Shown: positions 1 through 9,176 of the stretch, one piece after another
Numbering within the stretch: position 1 is the first letter of the stretch
Layout of the letters: every line of letters begins with the position of its first letter
Origin: Candidatus Babeliales bacterium
GTDB lineage: Bacteria; Babelota; Babeliae; Babelales; JBFXEV01
Length of the DNA stretch: 64,000 nucleotides
Direction of reading: 5' to 3'
NCBI GenBank assembly: GCA_050179755.1
Contig: JBFXEV010000001.1
Coordinates: forward strand, 585,994-649,993
Notes under the pieces: model-generated
Seen by the model: the letters and a program-made list of their open reading frames with translations, nothing else
The model's database searches: none
What the model was told of the DNA's origin: nothing
Position numbers and translations under genes: made by a program

Positions 1-1128
1 AAGGTCTTCTTCAGAAAGCAATAATTCTTCTTTACGTGTACCAGAAAGCAAGATATCAAATGCTGGGAATATTCTGCGGTTTGATAATTTACGGTTTAAG
101 TGCATTTCCATGTTACCGGTACCCTTAAACTCTTCGTAAATTACTTCATCCATACGAGAGCCGGTATCCACAAGCGCTGTTGCAAGAATAGTGAGTGATC
201 CCGCTTCTTCGGTGTTACGAGCAGCACCAAAGAATCGTTTTGGTCTGTGTAATGCATGTGAGTCAATACCACCGGTTAAGATTTTGCCAGACGCTGGCGC
301 ATTGGTGTTATAAGCACGCGCCAAACGTGTGATGTTATCAAGAAGAATTACCACGTCTTTGCCTGTTTCTACCATGCGGCGTGCTTTCTCAAGCACAATT
401 TCTGCAACTTGCACGTGGCGGTCGGCTGATTCATCAAACGTTGAGGCAATAGTTTCTACATTTTTGCCTTTAACGGTGCGTCTGATATCTGCAACTTCTT
501 CTGGGCGTTCATCAATCAAGAGAATAATCAAATATACGTCAGGATTGTTTGCAATTAAACTGAGTGCGATTTCTTTAAGAAGCACTGTTTTACCAGCTTT
601 AGGAGGAGCTACAATAAGTCCGCGTTGGCCTTTACCAATAGGCGAGAAGATATCCATTAAACGCGTTGAAATAAAATTTGGATTAGCTTCTAATTTGAGC
701 GGTTCTTGTGGGTAAAGTGGTGTAAGCCGTTCAAATAAGTTACGATCGGCAAGTTCTGTAGGATTTACACCGTTTACTTCAGTAATTTTTAAGAGAGCAA
801 AATATTTTTCATTTTCTTTCGGTTTGCGAATAGTACCAAGTACGGTGTCACCCGTGCGTAAACCAAATCGGCGTATTTGTGAGGGTGAAACATAAACGTC
901 TTCAGGGCTTGCAATATAATCGTAGCCTGCGCTGCGTAAAAAGCCAAAACCATCGGGCAATCGTTCAAGAACGCCTTGCACTTCAATTTCTTTATCTGGA
1001 TGTTTTTCCAAATCTTCAATTTGAATGATTAAATCTTTTTTGGTTAAGAGACTTCCTCCTACAACGCCAACAGTACGCGAGTATTGTTGCAGTTCAAGTA
1101 AGGACATCTCTTCAAGTTTTCTTTTCAT
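1..1128 (-). CDS. rho: Transcription termination factor Rho (3' end outside window)
   Basis: Manual minus-strand translation from ATG 1128: [14 protein letters not shown]...[92 protein letters not shown]. Absent from the ORF track because it has no stop in the window. Confidence 0.97.
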   Translation of the reverse strand, partial: MKRKLEEMSLLELQQYSRTVGVVGGSLLTKKDLIIQIEDLEKHPDKEIEVQGVLERLPDGFGFLRSAGYDYIASPEDVYVSPSQIRRFGLRTGDTVLGTIRKPKENEKYFALLKITEVNGVNPTELADRNLFERLTPLYPQEPLKLEANPNFISTRLMDIFSPIGKGQRGLIVAPPKAGKTVLLKEIALSLIANNPDVYLIILLIDERPEEVADIRRTVKGKNVETIASTFDESADRHVQVAEIVLEKARRMVETGKDVVILLDNITRLARAYNTNAPASGKILTGGIDSHALHRPKRFFGAARNTEEAGSLTILATALVDTGSRMDEVIYEEFKGTGNMEMHLNRKLSNRRIFPAFDILLSGTRKEELLLSEEDL

Positions 1129-1344
1129 TATAGAAAGAACCTCATGAAAGTTAAGAGAATGTTAGAAAGATATTATTATTCTATTTGCTTTCTTGTTTAA
1201 GCCTAAGCTAGATCAGAATGCAAACTCAATAGATGTTTTAAAATTGGGTACGAAATTTGCTTGGGGTCCAATGCTCTATGTTTAGTGATAGAGCATTGGA
1301 TTATATAACTTAAAATAATAGAATTGATCTTGAAAAGAGGCGGG

Positions 1345-2292
1345 TTATACCGTTTTCTGGCTATAACGTTGCTGCGGTGCAGAAGACGTTTGTGTTTGCC
1401 CACTCTTTTTGTTCAGTAAAATCATGATGGGGCTTGCAATGTAGATTGAGGAATACGTACCAAAAATGATTCCTACCAACAATGCAATAGATAAATCGCT
1501 GAGCGATTCACCACCAAATAAGATTAATGAAACTACGACCAATGCTGTGGAAAGACTTGTTAAAATTGTACGCGTGAGCGTTTGGTTTAAACTAGCATCA
1601 ACAACAGCTTCTATAGGCTTTCCTGGATTTGCTTTAACATTATCACGAATACGAGAGAAAATAACAATCGTATCGTTAATTGAATAACCCAGAATAAGCA
1701 AGATTGCGCCAATTACGTTAACAGAAATTTCTTTATCAAGGAGTAAAAAGCATACTAAAATTACCATGGCATCATGGAACAAGGCAACAATTGCACCCAC
1801 GCCATAACTGACAGACCAGAATCGCCATGCAATATATGCAAGCATAATAAGCAAGGCAAGGAGTAGTACCTTAATTGATTTCCAACGCAAGTCTTCACTT
1901 GTTCCTGCGCCAACGCTATCTGTTTGTAAAATCGAGATTTTATTTTGTGGTTCAGCAGCTTGAATTGCTGCACGCATACGCTCTGCAGTGCCAGTAACGT
2001 CACCTGCATGCTCTTTAATACGCACCATTGTTTCTTGCTTACTAAATTCTCGTAAAACTGCTCCAGACCATCCTGCTTTATCAAGAATTCCTTTAAGCTG
2101 TTCGCTATTTATCGGTTGATCAAATTTAAATAAAATTTGAGTGCCACCAGTAAAATCCACACTATAGGTAAACGCATAGCCACGCGTTTGCATTCTATAG
2201 ACGTAGACGCCTATAAAAGTAGCAAAAATTGCTACAGAGAATAACAGGCAAATAGTGCGATAACGCAAAAAGTTAAAAGAATACGTTGTCAT
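1345..2292 (-). CDS. secF: Protein translocase subunit SecF
   Basis: VDFTGGT, ALFHDA, GYSINDTIVIFSRIRDN, GIIFGTYSSIYIASP motifs; multiple hydrophobic segments. Confidence 0.96.
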   Translation of the reverse strand: MTTYSFNFLRYRTICLLFSVAIFATFIGVYVYRMQTRGYAFTYSVDFTGGTQILFKFDQPINSEQLKGILDKAGWSGAVLREFSKQETMVRIKEHAGDVTGTAERMRAAIQAAEPQNKISILQTDSVGAGTSEDLRWKSIKVLLLALLIMLAYIAWRFWSVSYGVGAIVALFHDAMVILVCFLLLDKEISVNVIGAILLILGYSINDTIVIFSRIRDNVKANPGKPIEAVVDASLNQTLTRTILTSLSTALVVVSLILFGGESLSDLSIALLVGIIFGTYSSIYIASPIMILLNKKSGQTQTSSAPQQRYSQKTV

Positions 2293-2398
2293 GGCCTCTC
2301 CAGAGATATAACTATGTTCATAGAAATAAGTTAAATAAATGCCCTAGTGGCAGATTCCCTAAGAATAAGGGAAGCCTTAAGGCAAAACAATACTTTTT

Positions 2399-2653
2399 TT
2401 AATCAGCAAGTACAGAAACGTACTTACGGCCTTTGTGGCCAAAGTGGAATTTAATAGAACCAGCGTCGGTTGCATAGATAGTGTGATCTTTGCCCATGCC
2501 AACACCGCTTCCTGGGTGGAACTTAGTTCCGCGTTGACGAATAATAATTTCGCCGCCTGAAACAAGCTGCCCATCAAATAATTTTACGCCAAGTCTTCGG
2601 CCAATACTGTCTCGGCCGTTCTGGGTGGAACCACCCGATTTACTGGTTGCCAT
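2399..2653 (-). CDS. rpmA: 50S ribosomal protein L27
   Basis: [24 protein letters not shown]...[24 protein letters not shown]; start moved from the track's 2743 to ATG 2653. Confidence 0.97.
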   Translation of the reverse strand: MATSKSGGSTQNGRDSIGRRLGVKLFDGQLVSGGEIIIRQRGTKFHPGSGVGMGKDHTIYATDAGSIKFHFGHKGRKYVSVLAD

Positions 2654-2733
2654 CTCATATTCCCTTATGCAAACATGTAATTGGATATTTTTATAGAGTG
2701 ATAACACGTGTGAATCACGCTTTATATATCCCA

Positions 2734-2762
2734 AGTATTCCACAGCTATGCTTTGATGTCAA
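2734..2762 (-). promoter_or_regulatory. Putative sigma70 promoter of rpmA
   Basis: Minus strand TTGACA-17nt-AATACT with TG extension, about 80 nt upstream of the rpmA start. Confidence 0.5.
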
Positions 2763-2782
2763 GTCTTCAACCCCGCTTGCTA

Positions 2783-2808
2783 CTGCGCCAAGGCTCCGGC
2801 GCACAGGC
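2783..2808 (+). repeat. Palindromic mini-repeat family B copy
   Basis: ctgcgccaaggctccggcgcacaggc resembles the copies at 16981, 17045, 33009, 34030 and 38242. Confidence 0.6.
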
Positions 2809-2826
2809 ACCCTAATTTTGTAATTC

Positions 2827-2862
2827 CCTTACATCCCGATCCAGCGTAAGCGAGTTGAGGGG
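2827..2862 (+). repeat. Degenerate family A repeat copy
   Basis: catcccga...gagttgagggg resembles the CATCCCGAG...TCGAGGG arms at 33079 and 35268. Confidence 0.4.
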
Positions 2863-3603
2863 TCACTCTGCCTTTTCATGCGGTGTAGAATGCGCCGCCC
2901 ATGCCTTAAGCGCCATTGGAAAGTGAGGCTGTGCAAGCTGGTACATGCCTTGGGCATAGGCACGGATTTCATGCTGAGCGCCTGGGTCAAGGCGAAGAGT
3001 CAAAAAGTGCATGAGGGAGTGCAAGTTGCAGGTGAAAATAAACTCGGTATACACGCATACGGGCAAAACGCCACGGGCAAGCTCACGGCATACGCCCTGC
3101 TCCAGCATAAGCACATAAGCCTCGGTGGCTACCTTAATAGAGTTAATATACTGTTGTTTTAAGTGCTCATCTTCATAAGCGGCGCCTGAGGCTTGTTTAT
3201 TTATTTTATCCTGCGTACGCCATTTTGCAGGGATATAGAATTCTAGCTTGGCTTTGGCATAGCGGTAGCTAATTTCATTATACGAGTTCATGCGGTGGCG
3301 CATCCATTGGCGAGCCACATACATAGGGCATTTTACTCTGAATGAGAGCTGGTTATGCTCAAAGGGGCTTGTGTGCTTATATTGCATTAAAAAGTTGATA
3401 AGTTTTTCATCGCGCTCGGTAACCTCAGTGGATATTTTGCCGTATGAAACACGTGCTGCGTTTACAATATCAAGGTCGCTGCCAGAAACGCGTATAAGCT
3501 CCACGCTACTAATGCCATCACCCAGTGGGTCTATTTTATTTTCATGCTCTTCACGTTCATCGGCATGCAGATTAATTTTTTCTAATAATTGGTCTAAATG
3601 CAT
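2863..3603 (-). CDS. thyX: Flavin-dependent thymidylate synthase
   Basis: AARVSY, HTSPFEH, ARQWMRHR..SYNEISYRY (RHR-x7-SxR signature), RELARGVLP, AQHEIR. Confidence 0.97.
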   Translation of the reverse strand: MHLDQLLEKINLHADEREEHENKIDPLGDGISSVELIRVSGSDLDIVNAARVSYGKISTEVTERDEKLINFLMQYKHTSPFEHNQLSFRVKCPMYVARQWMRHRMNSYNEISYRYAKAKLEFYIPAKWRTQDKINKQASGAAYEDEHLKQQYINSIKVATEAYVLMLEQGVCRELARGVLPVCVYTEFIFTCNLHSLMHFLTLRLDPGAQHEIRAYAQGMYQLAQPHFPMALKAWAAHSTPHEKAE

Positions 3604-3750
3604 GGGTACTCCGTTATCGGGCCATTCTCTTTGTCTGTCCCGAAGTAAAGGTGTTACTGTTATTATCAGTTATTTAATTTAAGATACTGTTTTGAGAAAG
3701 AAGTGTAAAATCAGAGAAAGAAGAGGTCTTCACGTTTAATAGGGGATTTT

Positions 3751-5097
3751 ATGAAAAACGTTTTCACGAGCGCATTAACCGTTTTATGTTGTATTAACAT
3801 TTCTTTAGCGTATGCATATGAAATTAAATTTAAATTACTCCAAGATGCTGATCTTCCATTGATATACAATTGGTTGCATCAACCGTTTGTAAAAAAATGG
3901 TTTTCTCGTGAAGCATTGCCCTGGCAAGAATTCTTAACGTTTAGAGAACAAATTAAAAGTTATCTTGGCACGGGCCATGAATATCTGGCATGCCATAATG
4001 ATCACCCTTTTGGGTATATTCGTTTATATGATGCACATTTATGGCTTGATGGATTGGGCAACGCAGATCCTGAAGGCACGTATGGTATTGATTTATATAT
4101 TGGTGACGCAGGCTATCTTGGCAAAGGATTTGGCAGTGCAATGTTATCTCAATTTATAACCAAAAGTATCAAAGATCAGGTAGAACTTGGTAAGCCTATA
4201 ACGCAAATCATTGTCGATCCTGATAGTGCAAATGTAACAGCAATCAAAACGTATCAACGCCTTGGCTTTACTATAGATTATCAACTTGATGATCCTTTTT
4301 GGGGCAATCAACTTATAATGGTGCTTGATCCCGATCTTTTTGAGTTTCTTAATGACATGCATGGTTTCTATGAGGAAGATATTGTAAAAAATAAATCGCT
4401 AGAACAATTAGATACGTATCTTGATAACTTATTTGATAAAGTTTTGCAGCGCTTGGCATGTATTGGTATCTCGTATCACGATTGTGAGAACTTTTTGGTG
4501 CAATATGGCACTATTTTAAAGAGTCAAATAGAGAGCAAGTATGCTGCTCATGCACAAGGTTTGCCGCTTTTATCGCAAGAAACACTCTGTCTAGTGCACC
4601 AAGTTTTGCTTGATTTTGAAATTGACTCGCGTGATATTGTGCTTATTGCCTATACTGGCAAAGGTTCTCCTGTGGCAGCAGATGATTATACGTTATATAT
4701 CGATGAAAAAGAATTAAGTTGTTATACGCCTGAGGCACAACGTTTTGCTATAGCACACGAACTTATGCATTTTTTACATAAAGATAATAGTTTTGAAAGT
4801 GCCTTAGAAAATTTAATGGGTGAACAAAAATCAAAAGCACAACGTAATGCATTTTATACTTTTGCGCACGCAAATGAATTATGCGCAGATATTGATGCTA
4901 TGCTTAAAAATCAGGTGTACGCAACAAGTGGTGTAGCATTTTTAGAGCAATTAAAAGAACGCTTTGGCAGCGGCGCAAGCTTTACACATCCTAGCGCTGA
5001 CTTACGCCTGAATATTGCACAGCAGATCCAGTATTTACATGAACAGCTGTTAAAGCCAAACCCATCTGCCAGTCAAGCTATTCAGTTAGTTTTTTAG
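3751..5097 (+). CDS. Signal peptide + GNAT acetyltransferase (AAC(6')-like) + M48-like zinc peptidase fusion
   Basis: GIDLYIGDAGYLGKGFG, IIVDPDSANVTAIKTYQRLGF; C-terminal FAIAHELMH..ELCAD..THPSADLR. Confidence 0.75.
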   Translation: MKNVFTSALTVLCCINISLAYAYEIKFKLLQDADLPLIYNWLHQPFVKKWFSREALPWQEFLTFREQIKSYLGTGHEYLACHNDHPFGYIRLYDAHLWLDGLGNADPEGTYGIDLYIGDAGYLGKGFGSAMLSQFITKSIKDQVELGKPITQIIVDPDSANVTAIKTYQRLGFTIDYQLDDPFWGNQLIMVLDPDLFEFLNDMHGFYEEDIVKNKSLEQLDTYLDNLFDKVLQRLACIGISYHDCENFLVQYGTILKSQIESKYAAHAQGLPLLSQETLCLVHQVLLDFEIDSRDIVLIAYTGKGSPVAADDYTLYIDEKELSCYTPEAQRFAIAHELMHFLHKDNSFESALENLMGEQKSKAQRNAFYTFAHANELCADIDAMLKNQVYATSGVAFLEQLKERFGSGASFTHPSADLRLNIAQQIQYLHEQLLKPNPSASQAIQLVF

Positions 5098-5200
5098 TGT
5101 AAAACTATTGAAAAATAGCCTCTAAATATGCTAGTATAGAAGTAGGCAGGTTTAGGTTTTAAACTTGTAGATTTGATTTGATTTACAAAAGGAGAAAATC

Positions 5201-5530
5201 ATGAAAAATATTATATTATCAATAGCTGCGTTATTATTTGTAGCGAATGCGTGTGCAGGTGACCTTTATGTTGGTCAATCAGTAACACGTGAACAGCAAT
5301 TACCTACTGAATTTCAAACTGAACAACGAATTGAAACGCAAGTAGCGCCTACAACAGCGCAACAACCGCAAACAGTAAGCACAACAGTTGCTCGCCAAGC
5401 GTATGTGCGCCCAACACAACAACATGATTTGCTAAAAGGCGAACAAGGTTTTGATGCTCAAGTGACTCGTGAAGTTGAAGTACAAAAAACAACGTTGCCA
5501 GTCCAACGTAGAACTGCTTTTTTTCAATAA
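5201..5530 (+). CDS. Small secreted Gln/Thr/Val-rich hypothetical protein
   Basis: Strong RBS aaggag, signal peptide ending ACA, own downstream terminator. Confidence 0.8.
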   Translation: MKNIILSIAALLFVANACAGDLYVGQSVTREQQLPTEFQTEQRIETQVAPTTAQQPQTVSTTVARQAYVRPTQQHDLLKGEQGFDAQVTREVEVQKTTLPVQRRTAFFQ

Positions 5531-5549
5531 ATAAAAAGTAAGAATTGTT

Positions 5550-5589
5550 ATAAAAAATGGAGGTACTTACAAAGGCCTCCATTTTTTAT
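5550..5589. terminator. Bidirectional intrinsic terminator
   Basis: ataaaaaatggagg...cctccattttttat inverted repeat between convergent genes. Confidence 0.75.
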
Positions 5590-8441
5590 TTGGTGACTTC
5601 TTTCCAATCTTTTCCAGTACTTGTAGTCACTACAAGCGGCACATTCCAAGAGACTACGTTTTCCAATGTTTCACGGATTATTTTTTCTGTTTTTTGCGCT
5701 TGATCTTCTCGCACAGAAATTAATAGTTCGTCATGAATTTGCAAAATCATGTTTGCGTCTAGCTTATGCTCTTTAAAAGCCCGTTCAAGATTGATCATGC
5801 CGATTTTCATCAGTTCGGCTGCCGTGCCTTGTGCAACCGTGTTAATGGCTATGCGCGTAGCTTGTTCATAGAGTGATTTATTTTTTTCATGAATGCCTGA
5901 TACATAGCGGCGTCTGCCAAAGTGCGTGGTAACATACCCTTTTGCTTTTGTTTCTTCAATTATTTTATCCATCCATGCACTCACGCCAGGATATTGAGCA
6001 AAATACTTTTCTATATATATTTTTGCATCTTTAAATGGGATCTTAAGATCTTGAGAAAGTCCAAAAGGTGTTAGGCCATACAGGATACTAAAGTTAATAC
6101 GTTTGCCTATTTGACGTTGCTCGCTCGTTACTTTATCGCTCGTGGTATCAAATAAATTTGCAGCAGTTTTTTTGTGAATATCTTCATCATGCAAAAACGC
6201 ATCAAGTAAACTTTTATCTTGTGATAGATACGCAAGCACGCGCAATTCAATTTGTGAGTAATCGGCTGCAATAAATACGTGCCCAGGTTCTGGTTTGAAC
6301 GCCGAGCGCACTGAGTTTCCTTTGTATTCAAATGAATTTGTTGGCACGTTTTGCAAGTTAGGTTCTTGGCTTGAAAGTCTGCCAGTTGCCACAAGTGTTT
6401 GGCGGAACGTGGTGTGTATTTTGCCCGTTTCGGGATTTACATAAGAAGGCAAAGCTTCAATGTACGTGCTTTTGAGCTTAAATAATTCACGGTGCCGTAA
6501 GATGAGCGCTGGCACCGGGTGTAAATGTGCAAGGGCTTCTAGCACTTCTTGATCAGTTGAATAGCCAGTTTTTTTATCAGTTTGCTTTTGCGGAGGCAAT
6601 CGTAAATGTTCAAACAAGAGTATTGCAAGCTGACGCGGCGAGTTTAAATTAATGTCTTTATGCAAGGGGCCTACCAACGCATTAATTTTTTCTTTAATGA
6701 TTGTAAGCTCTTCATCAATTTTAACGTTTAGAGTTTTTAAAATCTCTGTATCAAGATTAATGCCACGGTACTCCATGTAGGTCAAAATATCAACGAGTGG
6801 AAACTCAATATCTTGGTAGAGTTTTGCCATATCTTGTTTAACGAGCGCGTCTACAAGAATAGGATATAATTGCCATGTTTGGTGCGCATCGCTGGCTGCA
6901 TATTCGGTGGCAAGTTCAAGAGGCACTTGTGCAAAGGTCTTAAAGCCGTTATTGATCACTGCTTCTTGAAAGCTAATCATAGGTTCGTTCAAAAAATATT
7001 CTGAAAGGTATTTAAGGCCATTGCGTTGCCAATCTTCTGTCACCAAGTGCGCTGCTAACAATGTGTCAAACACGAGCCCTTGCGGCATAATGCCGTAGTG
7101 CATAAAGGCGTGTTCGTCAAACTTGGCGTGATGCATGATTTTTTTAATGCTTGGATCTTCTAATATTTTTTTGAATGCAGCAAGCACCACGTCACGCGAG
7201 AGCTGGCGTTCGCCAGTGGTGTGCGCAAAGGGAATATAATAGGCAACTCCTTTTACGGTACATGCAGAAATACCCACCAAATGATTATAGAGCGGGTTTA
7301 GGCCAGTAAGTTCTGTATCAATAGCAACCAGTTTTTTTGTGTTAATTTCATGCACAAGCGCATCAAGCTTTTCTTGCGTATCAATCGTAATAAATTTGTA
7401 TCCCTTTGACTTGGAAAGCCATTCTTCTTTTCGCTCAGTCACCCCGGTAAGGCCTGCAATTTCTTTGACTAGCGAGGCAAATTCAAGTTTTTCAAACAAG
7501 GGGCGCGCTTTTGGCCAATACGTTGCATTAAATGCTAAATTTTCAAGTGTAACGCCGGTATCATATTCACGGAGTAAAAACAAATCACGGCTTAAGAATG
7601 CATTCTCTTTGTTTTCAATAAGAGCATTGCGTGTGCGATTTTTTTCAATTTTATCCAAATTTGCATAGGCATCTTCAAGTGAATCAAATTGTTGCGCAAG
7701 CTCGGTGGCTCCTTTTTCTCCAATACCTTTAACACCAGGAATATTATCTGAAGTATCGCCAAGTAATGCAAAATAAAACGGTAGTTTATGTAAGGCAAAT
7801 CCAAACCGTTCTTCCATTGCTTGGCGGTCATAAAATTTATCTTTAAATGAATCGTAGAGTACCACCTTGTCGCTAATGCATTGGCCCATATCTTTATCGG
7901 CAGTTACTAAAACAACTTGAAATCCTTGTTTTTCATACTCCCGTGCAAGTGAGCACATAAGATCATCTGCTTCTATACCAGGCGTTGCAATTTGATGGAG
8001 ACCAATAAGATCTGCAAATTCAATAATATGTTCTTTTTGGGTAAATAGATCGCTTGGTGGTGCTTGGCGTGTTGCTTTATAGTCCGGGAATATTTCATGG
8101 CGTACCGTTTTGCCTTTGCTATCCCATACCAGGCTCATGTACTGCGGCTGAAATTGCTTCATTAATTTTTGGATCATGCGGCAGAATGAATATACTGCTT
8201 GCACCGGCTCGCCGTGGATAGTATGGAGTGGGCGCATGCCATAGTAAGCGCGGTATAAATATGAGGAGCCATCGATTAAGAATATGGTTTTTTTAGGATC
8301 AAATTTCATGCCGTGTGTCTCGGGTAATTCGATTGAATCGCATAATGCGTCGGTATAAGTATTGTTAATAGGATACCCGCTATTCAGGGCAAAGACAAAT
8401 AAGGCAAGTAATAATGCTGCGAGTTTTTTTAAAATAATCAT
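5586..8441 (-). CDS. polA: DNA polymerase I (start 8441, or 8309 without the N-terminal extension)
   Basis: LIDGSSYLYRAYY, EADD, LLGDTSDNIPGVKGIG, AIDTE, TGRLSSQEPNLQN, ADYSQIELR, ILQIHDEL. Confidence 0.98.
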   Translation of the reverse strand: MIILKKLAALLLALFVFALNSGYPINNTYTDALCDSIELPETHGMKFDPKKTIFLIDGSSYLYRAYYGMRPLHTIHGEPVQAVYSFCRMIQKLMKQFQPQYMSLVWDSKGKTVRHEIFPDYKATRQAPPSDLFTQKEHIIEFADLIGLHQIATPGIEADDLMCSLAREYEKQGFQVVLVTADKDMGQCISDKVVLYDSFKDKFYDRQAMEERFGFALHKLPFYFALLGDTSDNIPGVKGIGEKGATELAQQFDSLEDAYANLDKIEKNRTRNALIENKENAFLSRDLFLLREYDTGVTLENLAFNATYWPKARPLFEKLEFASLVKEIAGLTGVTERKEEWLSKSKGYKFITIDTQEKLDALVHEINTKKLVAIDTELTGLNPLYNHLVGISACTVKGVAYYIPFAHTTGERQLSRDVVLAAFKKILEDPSIKKIMHHAKFDEHAFMHYGIMPQGLVFDTLLAAHLVTEDWQRNGLKYLSEYFLNEPMISFQEAVINNGFKTFAQVPLELATEYAASDAHQTWQLYPILVDALVKQDMAKLYQDIEFPLVDILTYMEYRGINLDTEILKTLNVKIDEELTIIKEKINALVGPLHKDINLNSPRQLAILLFEHLRLPPQKQTDKKTGYSTDQEVLEALAHLHPVPALILRHRELFKLKSTYIEALPSYVNPETGKIHTTFRQTLVATGRLSSQEPNLQNVPTNSFEYKGNSVRSAFKPEPGHVFIAADYSQIELRVLAYLSQDKSLLDAFLHDEDIHKKTAANLFDTTSDKVTSEQRQIGKRINFSILYGLTPFGLSQDLKIPFKDAKIYIEKYFAQYPGVSAWMDKIIEETKAKGYVTTHFGRRRYVSGIHEKNKSLYEQATRIAINTVAQGTAAELMKIGMINLERAFKEHKLDANMILQIHDELLISVREDQAQKTEKIIRETLENVVSWNVPLVVTTSTGKDWKEVTK

Positions 8442-9148
8442 TCAATTTTTGGTCTATTTTGATTGAGATTTGCGTTTATATGTTCTTTGTGATTAGGTAT
8501 GGTTTCGGGTGATAGTAGGGCAATTATGCGAGCGTGTTTTTTCTTAGATATACAATGTGATGTTGAAGCTTGTACTGCATGATCAATTGGACGGGCTTTG
8601 GACCATTCGTTTATTTTGCCACGACATTCTAGCACTTCTTTCGTAAGCACATCTGTTATGAATGCTAGGTGCTTTTCCACAATATCTTCGGGGGGTGTTT
8701 TTGGTAAAGACCGTATCAATGATTGTGGGATGGTCCAGAGCATTCGTTCGACCGCTCCTACATTGTTTTTACTTGCTGCATATTGCAGAGGCGTACCATG
8801 AAACACCAATTGAAGATGCTTTTTGCCCTTATGCATTGAAAATGATGCATCAATTTTAGCCCCCCGTGCTACAAGCTCAGAAATTAAATTTAGTCTATTC
8901 CAGGTAACAGCAGTAACAAGAGGTTGCACGAGTGTTTTTGGATCAAAGCCATCAACTTCTGCTCCTTCATCTATCAGTGTGAGTGCTCGTACAGTATTGC
9001 CATTTCGTATGGACTTTGCAAGTCGTTTGTTAAGTAGCGTTTGCCTTTGCTCTTTTGGTAATAATTGTAGAGGAATGCCATAATACATTGCATTAACGCG
9101 ACATCCACATATGAAGAATAGACTTATTAAAATATATTTGATATTCAT
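8438..9148 (-). CDS. Secreted ankyrin-repeat protein
   Basis: Signal peptide; PLVTAV..LVARGAKID and GTPLQYAASKNN. Confidence 0.8.
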   Translation of the reverse strand: MNIKYILISLFFICGCRVNAMYYGIPLQLLPKEQRQTLLNKRLAKSIRNGNTVRALTLIDEGAEVDGFDPKTLVQPLVTAVTWNRLNLISELVARGAKIDASFSMHKGKKHLQLVFHGTPLQYAASKNNVGAVERMLWTIPQSLIRSLPKTPPEDIVEKHLAFITDVLTKEVLECRGKINEWSKARPIDHAVQASTSHCISKKKHARIIALLSPETIPNHKEHINANLNQNRPKIE

Positions 9149-9176
9149 TTTTGTATTCCCTTGTTACACTTACAAT

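Noticed and set aside
329..715. 128-aa plus-strand ORF and the many other short track ORFs antisense to or nested in long genes
   Set aside because: Shadow frames of rho, polA, the GMCs, gatB and others; no motifs or RBS.
2654..2743. Apparent N-terminal extension of L27
   Set aside because: Region holds the promoter and leader; the conserved protein starts at 2653.
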